Shown here: positions 50,692 to 59,328 of the stretch, piece after piece | Numbering within the stretch: position 1 is the first letter of the stretch | How the letters are laid out: the number at the start of each line of letters is the position of its first letter | NCBI GenBank assembly: GCA_963664405.1 | Contig: OY761158.1 | Coordinates: 4,096,001-4,160,000, forward strand | Reading direction: 5' to 3' | Origin: Thermoanaerobaculia bacterium | GTDB taxonomy: Bacteria; Acidobacteriota; Thermoanaerobaculia; Multivoradales; Multivoraceae | DNA length: 64,000 nt | The notes under the pieces: model-generated | The model's database searches: none | What the model saw: the letters and a program-made list of their open reading frames with translations, nothing else | What the model was told of the DNA's origin: nothing | Made by a program: the position numbers and the translations under genes

Positions 50692-51606
50692 ATGGGCGTT
50701 TCCGACTCTTCCGTTCTGATTTTTTTCATCGATGGCATTGGACTGGGGCCGAACCATCGAATGAACCCCTTCGTCTCCGCGAGGATGCCGGTTCTTAGGG
50801 AGATCTTGGGTGGCCCCCTGGTCGCCGATCGGCCGCTCTCTCGGCCCGGACTTTGTTTTGTCGAGGCCGACGCAACGCTCGGAGTCGCCGGCTTGCCCCA
50901 GAGTGCGACGGGTCAGACCACGCTCTTCACCGGGGTCAATGCAGCGCGCCGCCTCGAGCGGCACGTTGCCGCCTTTCCCGGACCCCGCCTGAAGGCGATC
51001 CTGGAGAGCGACTGCATTCTCGGCCGGGCGCGGCGGCAGGGGTGCGAGGTTGCCTTCGCCAACACCTTCAGCCACGAGACCCTGGCGGCGCTGAAGGTCG
51101 GTAAGAGGCGCATATCCGCTACCGTATTCTTGGCGATGGCGGCGGGGGCTCGTCTGCGAACGGTGTCGGATCTGGTGTCGGGTAAGAGCGTGAGCTGGGA
51201 CCTCGAGCGTGATGTCTTCGCGACCTATGCCCGCGAAGACATACCTCCTATCGATGCCTCGGAGGCCGGAGGGCATCTGGCCGATCTCGCGGCTGCGCAC
51301 GATTTGACTCTGTTCGAGACCTTTCTCACCGACCTGAGCGGCCACAGGCGCGGCAATCTTGCACCGGAGGCGGTGCTTGCCAGGCTCGACTCCTTTCTTG
51401 GTGGCCTGATCGCTCGACTTCCTCCCACGGTCACCCTGGTGCTCTGTAGCGACCATGGAAACATTGAAGAGACGGATCATCGCCGGCACACTCGGAACCC
51501 CGTGCCGGTGGTGGCCCTCGGCCCGTCGGCGCCATGCTTCGCGGATGTTTGTTCGTTGAAGGACGTGACGCCGGCTGTACTTGCGGCTTTGGGGGTGTCA
51601 ATGTGA
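50692..51606 (+). CDS. Alkaline-phosphatase-superfamily metalloenzyme (iPGM/phosphopentomutase-like)
   Basis: FIDGIG, PQSATGQT, TDLSGH, SDHGN and HTRNPVP. Confidence 0.85.
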   Translation: MGVSDSSVLIFFIDGIGLGPNHRMNPFVSARMPVLREILGGPLVADRPLSRPGLCFVEADATLGVAGLPQSATGQTTLFTGVNAARRLERHVAAFPGPRLKAILESDCILGRARRQGCEVAFANTFSHETLAALKVGKRRISATVFLAMAAGARLRTVSDLVSGKSVSWDLERDVFATYAREDIPPIDASEAGGHLADLAAAHDLTLFETFLTDLSGHRRGNLAPEAVLARLDSFLGGLIARLPPTVTLVLCSDHGNIEETDHRRHTRNPVPVVALGPSAPCFADVCSLKDVTPAVLAALGVSM

Positions 51607-51745
51607 AGTGGCAGCGGGGCAGATTCGCGCCGATCGGTGTCGGTCGGCGAGCGCAGACCTGGGTTGGGACCGCGCCGCGGCTGGTCCGGATGTTGCTCGC
51701 CTGCGAGGGCAATCCGGCCGGTGTACGGCGGTATCGGAGAAGTGG

Positions 51746-52741
51746 ATGATCGAGGTACGTAACCTGACCCGCGACTACGGCGACTTCACCGCCGTCGACG
51801 ACATCAGCTTCTCGGTCGAAGCCGGCGAGATTCTCGGCATGCTCGGGCCCAATGGTGCCGGCAAGACAACCACGATTCGCATGATTACCGGTTTTCTTCC
51901 TCCCACTCGCGGATCGGTCACCGTGGCCGGTCACGACTTGCTTCGCGATCCGGTCAGGGCCCGCCGCCAGATCGGTTACGTGCCTGAGAATATTGCCCTC
52001 TACCCGGAGATGAGAGTGGAGGAATATCTCTCATATCGCGCACGACTCGAAGGAATGTCGCGAGGCGAGGCGCACTCTGGCATCCACCAGTCGATGGAGC
52101 GCTGCCTTCTCGAAGACGTCAGCCACCAGATCATAGGCACGCTGTCCAAGGGGTACCGCCAGAGAGTCGGGCTCGCCATCGCGATCCTTCACGACCCTGA
52201 GGTCTTGATCCTGGACGAGCCCACGGTGGGCCTCGATCCCAAGCAGATCATCGCCATCCGCGATCTCATCCGGGAGCTGGGATCGCAGCACACCCTTCTG
52301 CTCTCAACCCACATTCTGCCCGAGGTGGAGCTGCTCTGCGACCGAGTGCAGATCATCGACCGCGGGCGTATCGTCGCCCAGGGGACTGCGGAGGGGCTGC
52401 GCCGCGAGTGGTTGGGCCAGCGTCAGCTGCGGGTGTGTTTCAAGGAAGCTCACGCGGACGCGGCGACGGCCTTGGCGGCGCTCGCCGGGGTCGAGAAAGT
52501 GACCCCGGATTCTCCCTCGGGGGCCGAGTTCGGGGTCGAGTGCGAAGGTGCGTCCGACCCGAGGGAATCGATCTTTCGCCTCGCGGTGGAGCGCGGCTGG
52601 GTTCTTCTGGAGCTCGTCGAGGTGAAAGCGTCGCTGGAGGATATCTTCGTCCGTCTCACGACTCGTGAGGACGAGGAAGGGAGCGGGGAGGATTCCGCGG
52701 CGGAGCGAGACCCGACGGCGGCTGCGGAGATCGATCGATGA
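51746..52741 (+). CDS. ABC ATP-binding protein (GldA-like)
   Basis: GPNGAGKTT, LSKGYRQRVGLA and DEPTVGLDP. Confidence 0.92.
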   Translation: MIEVRNLTRDYGDFTAVDDISFSVEAGEILGMLGPNGAGKTTTIRMITGFLPPTRGSVTVAGHDLLRDPVRARRQIGYVPENIALYPEMRVEEYLSYRARLEGMSRGEAHSGIHQSMERCLLEDVSHQIIGTLSKGYRQRVGLAIAILHDPEVLILDEPTVGLDPKQIIAIRDLIRELGSQHTLLLSTHILPEVELLCDRVQIIDRGRIVAQGTAEGLRREWLGQRQLRVCFKEAHADAATALAALAGVEKVTPDSPSGAEFGVECEGASDPRESIFRLAVERGWVLLELVEVKASLEDIFVRLTTREDEEGSGEDSAAERDPTAAAEIDR

Positions 52742-53478
52742 ACGGAATCTACGCGATTTTCACACGCGAGCTGAGAGCCTACTTCTTCTCGCCTCTCGCC
52801 TATGCTGTTCTCACCTGCTTTCTTTTCATCAATGGTGTGTCGTTCGCCACTCTGATCGGGTATCTCAATGACGTCCCTTCGGCGGTGGGAGCGCCGATGG
52901 AGTACTTCTTCGGCGGTACGATTCTGTTCTGGCTCGCTCTAGCCTTTGTTGGCCCGATCTTGCCGATGCGATTGCTCAGTGAGGAGCGGCGCAGCGGCAG
53001 CCTCGAGATTCTCATGACAGCACCCGTGACAGAGACTCAGGTGGTGCTTGGTAAGTACCTGGCCTCGCTTGCCTTCTACCTCTCTCTCTGGCTGCCCACT
53101 CTTGTTTACAGCGCGATTGTCGCCCGTTACAGCGAGCTGGACTGGGGGCCCGTGGCTTCGGCTTATCTCGGCATCTTCGGTATCGGTTCGCTCTTTTTGG
53201 CGGTAGGGATATTCGCGTCCGCGGTGAGTCGGAACCAGGTTGTCGCCGCCCTGATCGGTTTCGCTCTCGTTTTCGGGCTCTTTGTCGTTGGGCTCCTGGA
53301 ACTGATGGTGAATGACGAAGGGCTGCGAGAGGCCATTGGATACCTCAACCTGATTCAGCACATGGAAGACTTCGCCAAGGGCATCGTCGACACACGCCGC
53401 CTCGTTTATTACATATCGGGCGTGGGCTTCTTCCTCTTCCTCTCCAGCCGGGCCTTGGCGGTCAACAAATGGAGGTAA
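52738..53478 (+). CDS. ABC-2 permease (GldF-like)
   Basis: RELRAYFFSPLAY, MRLLSEERRSGSLEILMTAP and NQVVAA. Confidence 0.9.
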   Translation: MNGIYAIFTRELRAYFFSPLAYAVLTCFLFINGVSFATLIGYLNDVPSAVGAPMEYFFGGTILFWLALAFVGPILPMRLLSEERRSGSLEILMTAPVTETQVVLGKYLASLAFYLSLWLPTLVYSAIVARYSELDWGPVASAYLGIFGIGSLFLAVGIFASAVSRNQVVAALIGFALVFGLFVVGLLELMVNDEGLREAIGYLNLIQHMEDFAKGIVDTRRLVYYISGVGFFLFLSSRALAVNKWR

Positions 53479-53485
53479 GAGAGGC

Positions 53486-55084
53486 ATGAGCGGAGGAGAC
53501 TCGGCTCGTGGGGGGCTTGTGGCGTCCACCTTTCTCGGTGTGGGCGTGCTGCTGGTCGCCGCCCTCGTTGGCATGGTCAATTACTTCGGCTTCAAATATC
53601 ACTCTCGTTTCGACTGGACTTCGAGTCGCTTCTACTCGCTCTCCGAGAAGAGCCTGAATGTCGTAGAGAGTCTCGATCAAGACCTTCGTGTCGTGGTCTT
53701 CATGACCCCGGGGTCTCAGCTCTACGCTCCTGTCACGGAGATCTTGGCTCGCTACGAAGCAGCTTCGCCGCGGGTGTCGCTTCGCATTGTCGATCCCGAG
53801 AGGAACATCGCCGAGGCCAGGCAACTCCTCGACGAGTTCCAGGTGACCAGCCTCAATTCCATCGTGCTCGAGTCCGAGGGTGATCGACGGGTGATCGAAG
53901 AGGCGGACCTCGCCGAGTACGACTATTCGGGGATGCAGTACGGCCAGGGGGCGCAGATCCGGGAGTTTCTCGGAGAGCAGATGATTACGGGTGCCATCCT
54001 GGAGCTGGTAGAGGACCGCAAGCCCAGGATCTTGTTCACCGCCGGTCATGGAGAGACGACGGTGGACGACGTCTCACCTCGCGGCCTCAGCCAGGCTCGC
54101 GAGCTCCTGGGCCGCGACAACTTTGCTATGGAAGATTGGGCCTCTTTGGGCGAGGACTCGGTCCCCGAGGGCACAGACCTCCTGGTGATCGCCGGACCCA
54201 CGGTCGCCTTCCTCGCTCCCGAGCTCGAGGCGCTGTGCCACTACCTCCTCCATGAGGGGCGGGCCCTGTTGATGCTCGACCCGACGCTCACCGACGAGGG
54301 AGTAGCGGCGACCGGGTTCGAGGAGTGGCTGCTTAGTTTTGGAGTAGAGCTCGATAGCGTCCTGGTCGTCGATCCGGTCAACCCGCTGCCGTTCTACAGT
54401 GCCGAGACTTTCTTCGCCAATGACTACCCCGGCCACCCGATCACTGAGGCTCTGGAAGATGCCACCTACCCGGTCATCTTCTCGCTAGCCCGCTCGGTCC
54501 GCCGATCGGAGGGGTCCACGGACGAGGGCATTGACACTCGTGAGATCGTGCGCACCTCGGCCGACGCCTGGGGCGAGGTCGATTTAAGTGACCTCGGAGC
54601 CGTCGAGCGGGGCGTGCAGGACCTGTCTGGCCCGCTCGCAATCGGTGTGGCGGTCGAGATCGACCTGCCCGACCCCGAACCTGAGGGCACGGTGGTGCTG
54701 ATCGAGGACGACGACGGAGACGGCGGTGCTCTGAGCAAGGGGGAGAGCGATGACACAGTCGGTGACGGGGAGTCAGCTGAGGTCTCGATGGATGGTGAGA
54801 GTGCGGAGAGCTCGAAATCGGGGAGGCTGGTTGTCTTCGGCGACTCCGACTTCGCCAGCAATGCTCAGCTGTCGAGTGCCGGAAATCCAACCCTCCTTCT
54901 GAACACCATCAACTGGTTGGTCGAGAGGGAGAACCTGCTGGCTATCCCGCCGCGCAAGGCCGAGCAGATCCAGCTCGGCTTGAGCCGGTCCGAGCTGAGC
55001 TCTATCTACCTCCTGGTGCTCTTGGTTCTGCCGCTTGCCAGCCTGGCTGCGGGGATCGGCGTGTACCTGCGGAGACGGCGGTAG
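53486..55084 (+). CDS. GldG-like ABC auxiliary protein
   Basis: RFDWT....YSLS, FTAGHGE, LLVIAGP, VVFGDSDF, N.INWL and C-terminal TM + RRRR. Confidence 0.9.
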   Translation: MSGGDSARGGLVASTFLGVGVLLVAALVGMVNYFGFKYHSRFDWTSSRFYSLSEKSLNVVESLDQDLRVVVFMTPGSQLYAPVTEILARYEAASPRVSLRIVDPERNIAEARQLLDEFQVTSLNSIVLESEGDRRVIEEADLAEYDYSGMQYGQGAQIREFLGEQMITGAILELVEDRKPRILFTAGHGETTVDDVSPRGLSQARELLGRDNFAMEDWASLGEDSVPEGTDLLVIAGPTVAFLAPELEALCHYLLHEGRALLMLDPTLTDEGVAATGFEEWLLSFGVELDSVLVVDPVNPLPFYSAETFFANDYPGHPITEALEDATYPVIFSLARSVRRSEGSTDEGIDTREIVRTSADAWGEVDLSDLGAVERGVQDLSGPLAIGVAVEIDLPDPEPEGTVVLIEDDDGDGGALSKGESDDTVGDGESAEVSMDGESAESSKSGRLVVFGDSDFASNAQLSSAGNPTLLLNTINWLVERENLLAIPPRKAEQIQLGLSRSELSSIYLLVLLVLPLASLAAGIGVYLRRRR

Positions 55085-55094
55085 TGTCCAGCCA

Positions 55095-56495
55095 ATGAGC
55101 GAGAAAGCTCTCGCCATGTTAGCGGCCGTCGTGCTTGCGCTCGCAGGGTTCCTCTGGTTCTTCGAGCGCGATCGGGCTTCCACCGACGAGCGCGAGGCAC
55201 AGAGCCGAATGCTGCTGAGGGTCGACCCGGATGAAGTCGCCGGCGTGGACCTAGTCTCCGTCGATCGCGAGATCTCCTTCGAGCGGGGCAGCCGCCTGAG
55301 GGCAGGAGAAGAGATCCGGCAGGACGCTGCGCAAGACGAAGAGAGTGGCGTCACGACTCGGGATAGATGGCGCTTGACGAGCCCACTGCAGGGTCCTGCC
55401 GACCATTTTGCGGTTGACGGACTGGTGAGGAGCCTGGCCGAGCTCGAGAAATCCCGGACACTGGATGATTTTCTGGCTCAGGACGTCGGCCTCGAGCCGC
55501 CACGCGCCACCGTGACGCTCCATTTTGCTGAGGGTGAGAGCGTCGGCGTCGAGGTGGGAGCTGAGGTTCCGGCTTCGCCTCAAATGGTCGTGCGCGTCGT
55601 GGGTAGAGGTGAGGCCCATGTTGTGTCGTCTTCGCTTTGGGCAAGCCTCGAAAAGGAGGTCGGAGATTGGCGGTCCAAGGAAGTCTTCGACGGCACTCGG
55701 GAGGACATTCGAACTGTTCGTCTCAGTCGGGACGGTGGCTCGGTTCTGCTGGAGCAACGAGAGAGTGGATTCTGGGTGGTCGAGCCCTTCGAGGACAGAG
55801 CCGACTCGGACAAGGTCGATTCTCTACTGCGAGAGATAACAGGAATGCGGGTAACCGATTTTCTCGACCCTTCGGCGGGCTTGAGCGAGCTGGGGTTGGA
55901 CCCACCTCGGGCCAGGGTCGAGGTGAGCGGTTACGGGATCGACGGCTTCTCCGTCGCCTGGGGAGATCAGGCTGCCGCGGGCGGCGCGAACAATGCTCGC
56001 GTCGACGATCTGGTATTTACGACGGTGGCGAATCTCGATGAGGCGCTCACCTACGAGAGTGAAGCCTGGAGATCGAAGAAGCTGAGCGCGTTCCCGGTAT
56101 ACCAGGTGGACGGAGTCGAAATAGAAGAAGCGGGAGAGCTCCTGGAGCTGACCCGTGACGAAGGATCCTGGCTTCGGGGCGACGACAGAATCGATTTCGC
56201 TGCAGTCAGCGACCTTCTGTACCAGATCAGCGAGGCAGTTGCCGAGCGCCTGGTGCCGGCGCCTCCGGCGGCGGAGCTGGGGATGGCGAGGCTGGTGATC
56301 CGTTACCGGTCGAGCTCAGGGGCGAGCGAGCGACTGGAGATCTTTGAAGAGACCTCCGCCGGTCTGACGCCCGCCCTGGTGGAGGGGCGCCCGATGCTAC
56401 TGCTGCTACCCTCTGGCGTCCTAAAAGAAATCGAAGGGAGGCTCATGGCGGTTCGCGAGGCGGAGGCCGTCGCCGATGAGCTCGAGCAGGGCTAG
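55095..56495 (+). CDS. DUF4340-domain protein
   Basis: N-terminal TM; repeated W.L..P....AD...V and GL.PP motifs; follows gldG-like gene. Confidence 0.8.
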   Translation: MSEKALAMLAAVVLALAGFLWFFERDRASTDEREAQSRMLLRVDPDEVAGVDLVSVDREISFERGSRLRAGEEIRQDAAQDEESGVTTRDRWRLTSPLQGPADHFAVDGLVRSLAELEKSRTLDDFLAQDVGLEPPRATVTLHFAEGESVGVEVGAEVPASPQMVVRVVGRGEAHVVSSSLWASLEKEVGDWRSKEVFDGTREDIRTVRLSRDGGSVLLEQRESGFWVVEPFEDRADSDKVDSLLREITGMRVTDFLDPSAGLSELGLDPPRARVEVSGYGIDGFSVAWGDQAAAGGANNARVDDLVFTTVANLDEALTYESEAWRSKKLSAFPVYQVDGVEIEEAGELLELTRDEGSWLRGDDRIDFAAVSDLLYQISEAVAERLVPAPPAAELGMARLVIRYRSSSGASERLEIFEETSAGLTPALVEGRPMLLLLPSGVLKEIEGRLMAVREAEAVADELEQG

Positions 56496-56527
56496 AATAG
56501 GCCGTCATTTCAGGGAGGGCTTCAGGC

Positions 56528-57442
56528 ATGAAAAATTTGAAGGTTGTCCAACTCTCCGGCTCCCTCGGCGCCGAAGTCAGGGGAATCTCTCTGAAAGATG
56601 TGGGCGAGGATGAGGCCGAGGTCCTGCGCTCGCTGCTGATGGAGCACCTGGTCCTCTTCTTTCCGGAGCAGCATCTCGACGTCGATGATCACATCGCGTT
56701 CGGGCGACACTTTGGGCGGCTCGAAGCCCACCCGAACCTCGAGAATCCGTTCTCCGATCGTGCCGAGATCTTTGAGCTGGTAGCGAGCCGCGGCGGTGTG
56801 GCCGAGGAGTGGCACAGCGATATCACCTTCCAGGAAGAGCCCTCGATCTTCGCCGTCCTGCGGATGGTCAAGTGCCCCGTGGTTGGAGGCGACACGATGT
56901 GGGCGAATATGTACAAGGCCTTCGACGAGCTGTCACCGCCGTTGCAGGATCTGTGTCTCGGTCTCAGCGCTCTCCATGACGCAACCGCCCACGACATGCC
57001 GGAGAAGATGGCGATACATCCGGTGGTACGTGTGCATCCGGTGACCGGGCGCAAGTCTCTATTCGTGAACGAGCATTTCACCCGGCGCATTGTCGAGCTC
57101 AGTCATGAAGAGAGTAAGCACTTACTCGACTATCTGACGCGATGGGTGACCGATGCGCGTTTCACTGTGAGGTATCGCTGGAGCGAAGGCGACGTTGCCA
57201 TGTGGGACAATCGCTGTACTCAGCACTGCGTGCTCAACGACTTCGACGAAGAGCGGGCGATTCAACGAGTCACGGTGATGGGCGACCGACCCGAGCGGGC
57301 GAGCCCTCTGCGTTGGGAGCCCTATGTACGGGGCCGGAACCCGGGCGCGACCAGCCGCTACGACCGCCAGCTCAACGAGTTTCTTGGCCGCCAGGAGGCG
57401 AGCCTGGAGTCGAACCCGAGGTCCACAAAAACAGCGAGCTAA
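56528..57442 (+). CDS. TauD/TfdA-family Fe(II)/2-oxoglutarate dioxygenase
   Basis: [21 protein letters not shown] and WDNRCTQH. Confidence 0.93.
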   Translation: MKNLKVVQLSGSLGAEVRGISLKDVGEDEAEVLRSLLMEHLVLFFPEQHLDVDDHIAFGRHFGRLEAHPNLENPFSDRAEIFELVASRGGVAEEWHSDITFQEEPSIFAVLRMVKCPVVGGDTMWANMYKAFDELSPPLQDLCLGLSALHDATAHDMPEKMAIHPVVRVHPVTGRKSLFVNEHFTRRIVELSHEESKHLLDYLTRWVTDARFTVRYRWSEGDVAMWDNRCTQHCVLNDFDEERAIQRVTVMGDRPERASPLRWEPYVRGRNPGATSRYDRQLNEFLGRQEASLESNPRSTKTAS

Positions 57443-59037
57443 ACGAAGACGCGCTCGTCGTGTTCGCCGTAGACCTGTCGAAGAACGTTGGAGATCTCTC
57501 CCAAGGTCACCTCGGCTCTGACACAGTCGAGGATTGGGGGTAGCAGGTTGACATCCTCGACGACGCCTCGGCGCAGAGCGCCGAGAGCTTCCTCCACCCG
57601 ATCGGAGCTCCGGCCGGCACGTAGCGCGGCGAGCCGCTCGACTTGCTCCTTTTCTGCTGCAGGGTCGATGGCCAGGATGTCGGGCAGCGTGCTCTCGTCC
57701 ACCGTATATTTGTTGACCCCGACGATGATCTGTTGCTCTTGCTCGATGGCCCGCTGAGTCTGATAGGCCGCCTCTGCGATCTCTCGCTGCTGAAATCCCT
57801 GTTCGATGGCTACTCGGGCACCCCCCATGTCGTCGATCTTGGCGATGTATGCGGCCGCTTCTCGGACGATGCGGTCGGTTGCCGCCTCTAGCGCCCAGGA
57901 TCCACCAAGGGGGTCGGTGGTGTCTGTTATTCCGCTCTCATGAGCCAGAATCTGCTGTGTTCGTAGAGCGATCAGGGCCGATTCTTCGGTGGGTAGGCCC
58001 AGAGCCTCGTCGCGGCCGTTGGTGTGTAGCGACTGGGTGCCTCCACAGACGGCCGCGAGCGCCTGAATGGCGACGCGTGCGATGTTGTTGTCCGACTGCT
58101 GCGCGGTGAGAGTCGAGCCGCCGGTCTGAGTGTGGAAGCGCAGCCAGCTCGATCGCGGGTTGGATGGGGAGTAGCGCTCTTCGATCGTTTCCGCCCATAG
58201 CCGCCTAGCGGCCCGGAACTTCGCTACTTCTTCGAGGAAGTCGTTGTGCGCGTTGAAGAAGAAGGAAAGGCGTGGCGCGAACTCATCGATAGTGAGCCCG
58301 CGTTCCAGTGCGGCCTCGACATAGCAGAGGCCATTGGCCAGGGTGAAGGCTACTTCTTGAGTGGCGGTACAGCCCGCTTCCCGCATGTGGTAGCCGGAGA
58401 TGGAGACCGGGTTCCACCGTGGCAGGCGCTCGGCGCAGAAGGCGATGACATCTGTGACCAGCTTCAGCGATGGGCCCGGAGGATATATGTAAGTGCCGCG
58501 TGCGGCGTACTCCTTGAGGATGTCGTTCTGCACCGTGCCGCCAAGCTTGCTGAGCTCGACGCCTTGTTCTTCCGCTACCGCGACATAGAGAGCCAGCAGA
58601 ATCGGCGCCGTCGAGTTGATGGTCATCGACGTGGTTACTCGGTCGAGCGGAATGCCGTCGAAAAGGGTTCGCATGTCGTGAATCGAGTCGATAGCGACAC
58701 CTACCCTCCCGACCTCACCCCTTGCTTCGGCGGCGTCTGAGTCGTACCCGATCTGGGTCGGGAGATCGAACGCTACCGACAAACCGCTAGTGCCCTGTTC
58801 CAAGAGGTATCGGTAGCGGCGATTCGACTCGGTTGCACTGGAGTAGCCGGCATATTGACGCATCGTCCAGAGCCGCCGCCGGTACATCTCCTCGTAGAGG
58901 CCGCGGGTAAAGGGATGCGCACCGGGGTCACCGATGGTGCTCTCATAGTTCAGCAGACGCTCGGGTCCGGGACGGTGGAACGGCGGATCGACGACGACGT
59001 CGTCGGTCGGTGTAGAGGAGGTTTTTTTCTCGGACAT
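57439..59037 (-). CDS. Methylmalonyl-CoA mutase large (substrate-binding) subunit, split type
   Basis: WTMRQYAG (Tyr of MCM type), [26 protein letters not shown] and QSLHTN; no DxHxxG B12 domain. Confidence 0.92.
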   Translation of the reverse strand: MSEKKTSSTPTDDVVVDPPFHRPGPERLLNYESTIGDPGAHPFTRGLYEEMYRRRLWTMRQYAGYSSATESNRRYRYLLEQGTSGLSVAFDLPTQIGYDSDAAEARGEVGRVGVAIDSIHDMRTLFDGIPLDRVTTSMTINSTAPILLALYVAVAEEQGVELSKLGGTVQNDILKEYAARGTYIYPPGPSLKLVTDVIAFCAERLPRWNPVSISGYHMREAGCTATQEVAFTLANGLCYVEAALERGLTIDEFAPRLSFFFNAHNDFLEEVAKFRAARRLWAETIEERYSPSNPRSSWLRFHTQTGGSTLTAQQSDNNIARVAIQALAAVCGGTQSLHTNGRDEALGLPTEESALIALRTQQILAHESGITDTTDPLGGSWALEAATDRIVREAAAYIAKIDDMGGARVAIEQGFQQREIAEAAYQTQRAIEQEQQIIVGVNKYTVDESTLPDILAIDPAAEKEQVERLAALRAGRSSDRVEEALGALRRGVVEDVNLLPPILDCVRAEVTLGEISNVLRQVYGEHDERVFV

Positions 59038-59153
59038 CGAAGCCGGAGTATACAGCGGGAACAGGCCTCGAATCGTGCTCGAGGAGAGGTCCCTGGGGCC
59101 GAGAGAGCCCTCCATTACTGGCCTTTTCTAGGTACTCCTCACTTTGAGCCCTC

Positions 59154-59201
59154 CAACTATCTGTAGGGGGTGTGTGGCGCGAATACCCCAATATCTAGTA
59201 T
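59154..59201 (+). promoter_or_regulatory. Tandem NrdR boxes
   Basis: caaCTATCTGTAGggg (59154-59169) and cccCAATATCTAGtat (59186-59201), 32 bp apart, versus consensus acaCwAtATaTwGtgt; upstream of nrdJ. Confidence 0.75.
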
Positions 59202-59209
59202 GAGAGTCC

Positions 59210-59238
59210 TTGACTTCGCTCTTTTATGAAGGTACTTT
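59210..59238 (+). promoter_or_regulatory. Sigma70-type promoter of nrdJ
   Basis: TTGACT-N17-TACTTT. Confidence 0.6.
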
Positions 59239-59328
59239 AGGAGAATCCGTCGAACGAGCAAGCAGGGACGGAGCTCGAGGCTCCTCAGCCCCTCCCTGCC
59301 GCCGAACTGAAGAGGTTACTGGGAGATT

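Noticed and set aside
59240-59328. Cobalamin riboswitch in the nrdJ leader
   Set aside because: Too short and lacks recognisable B12-box and core motifs.
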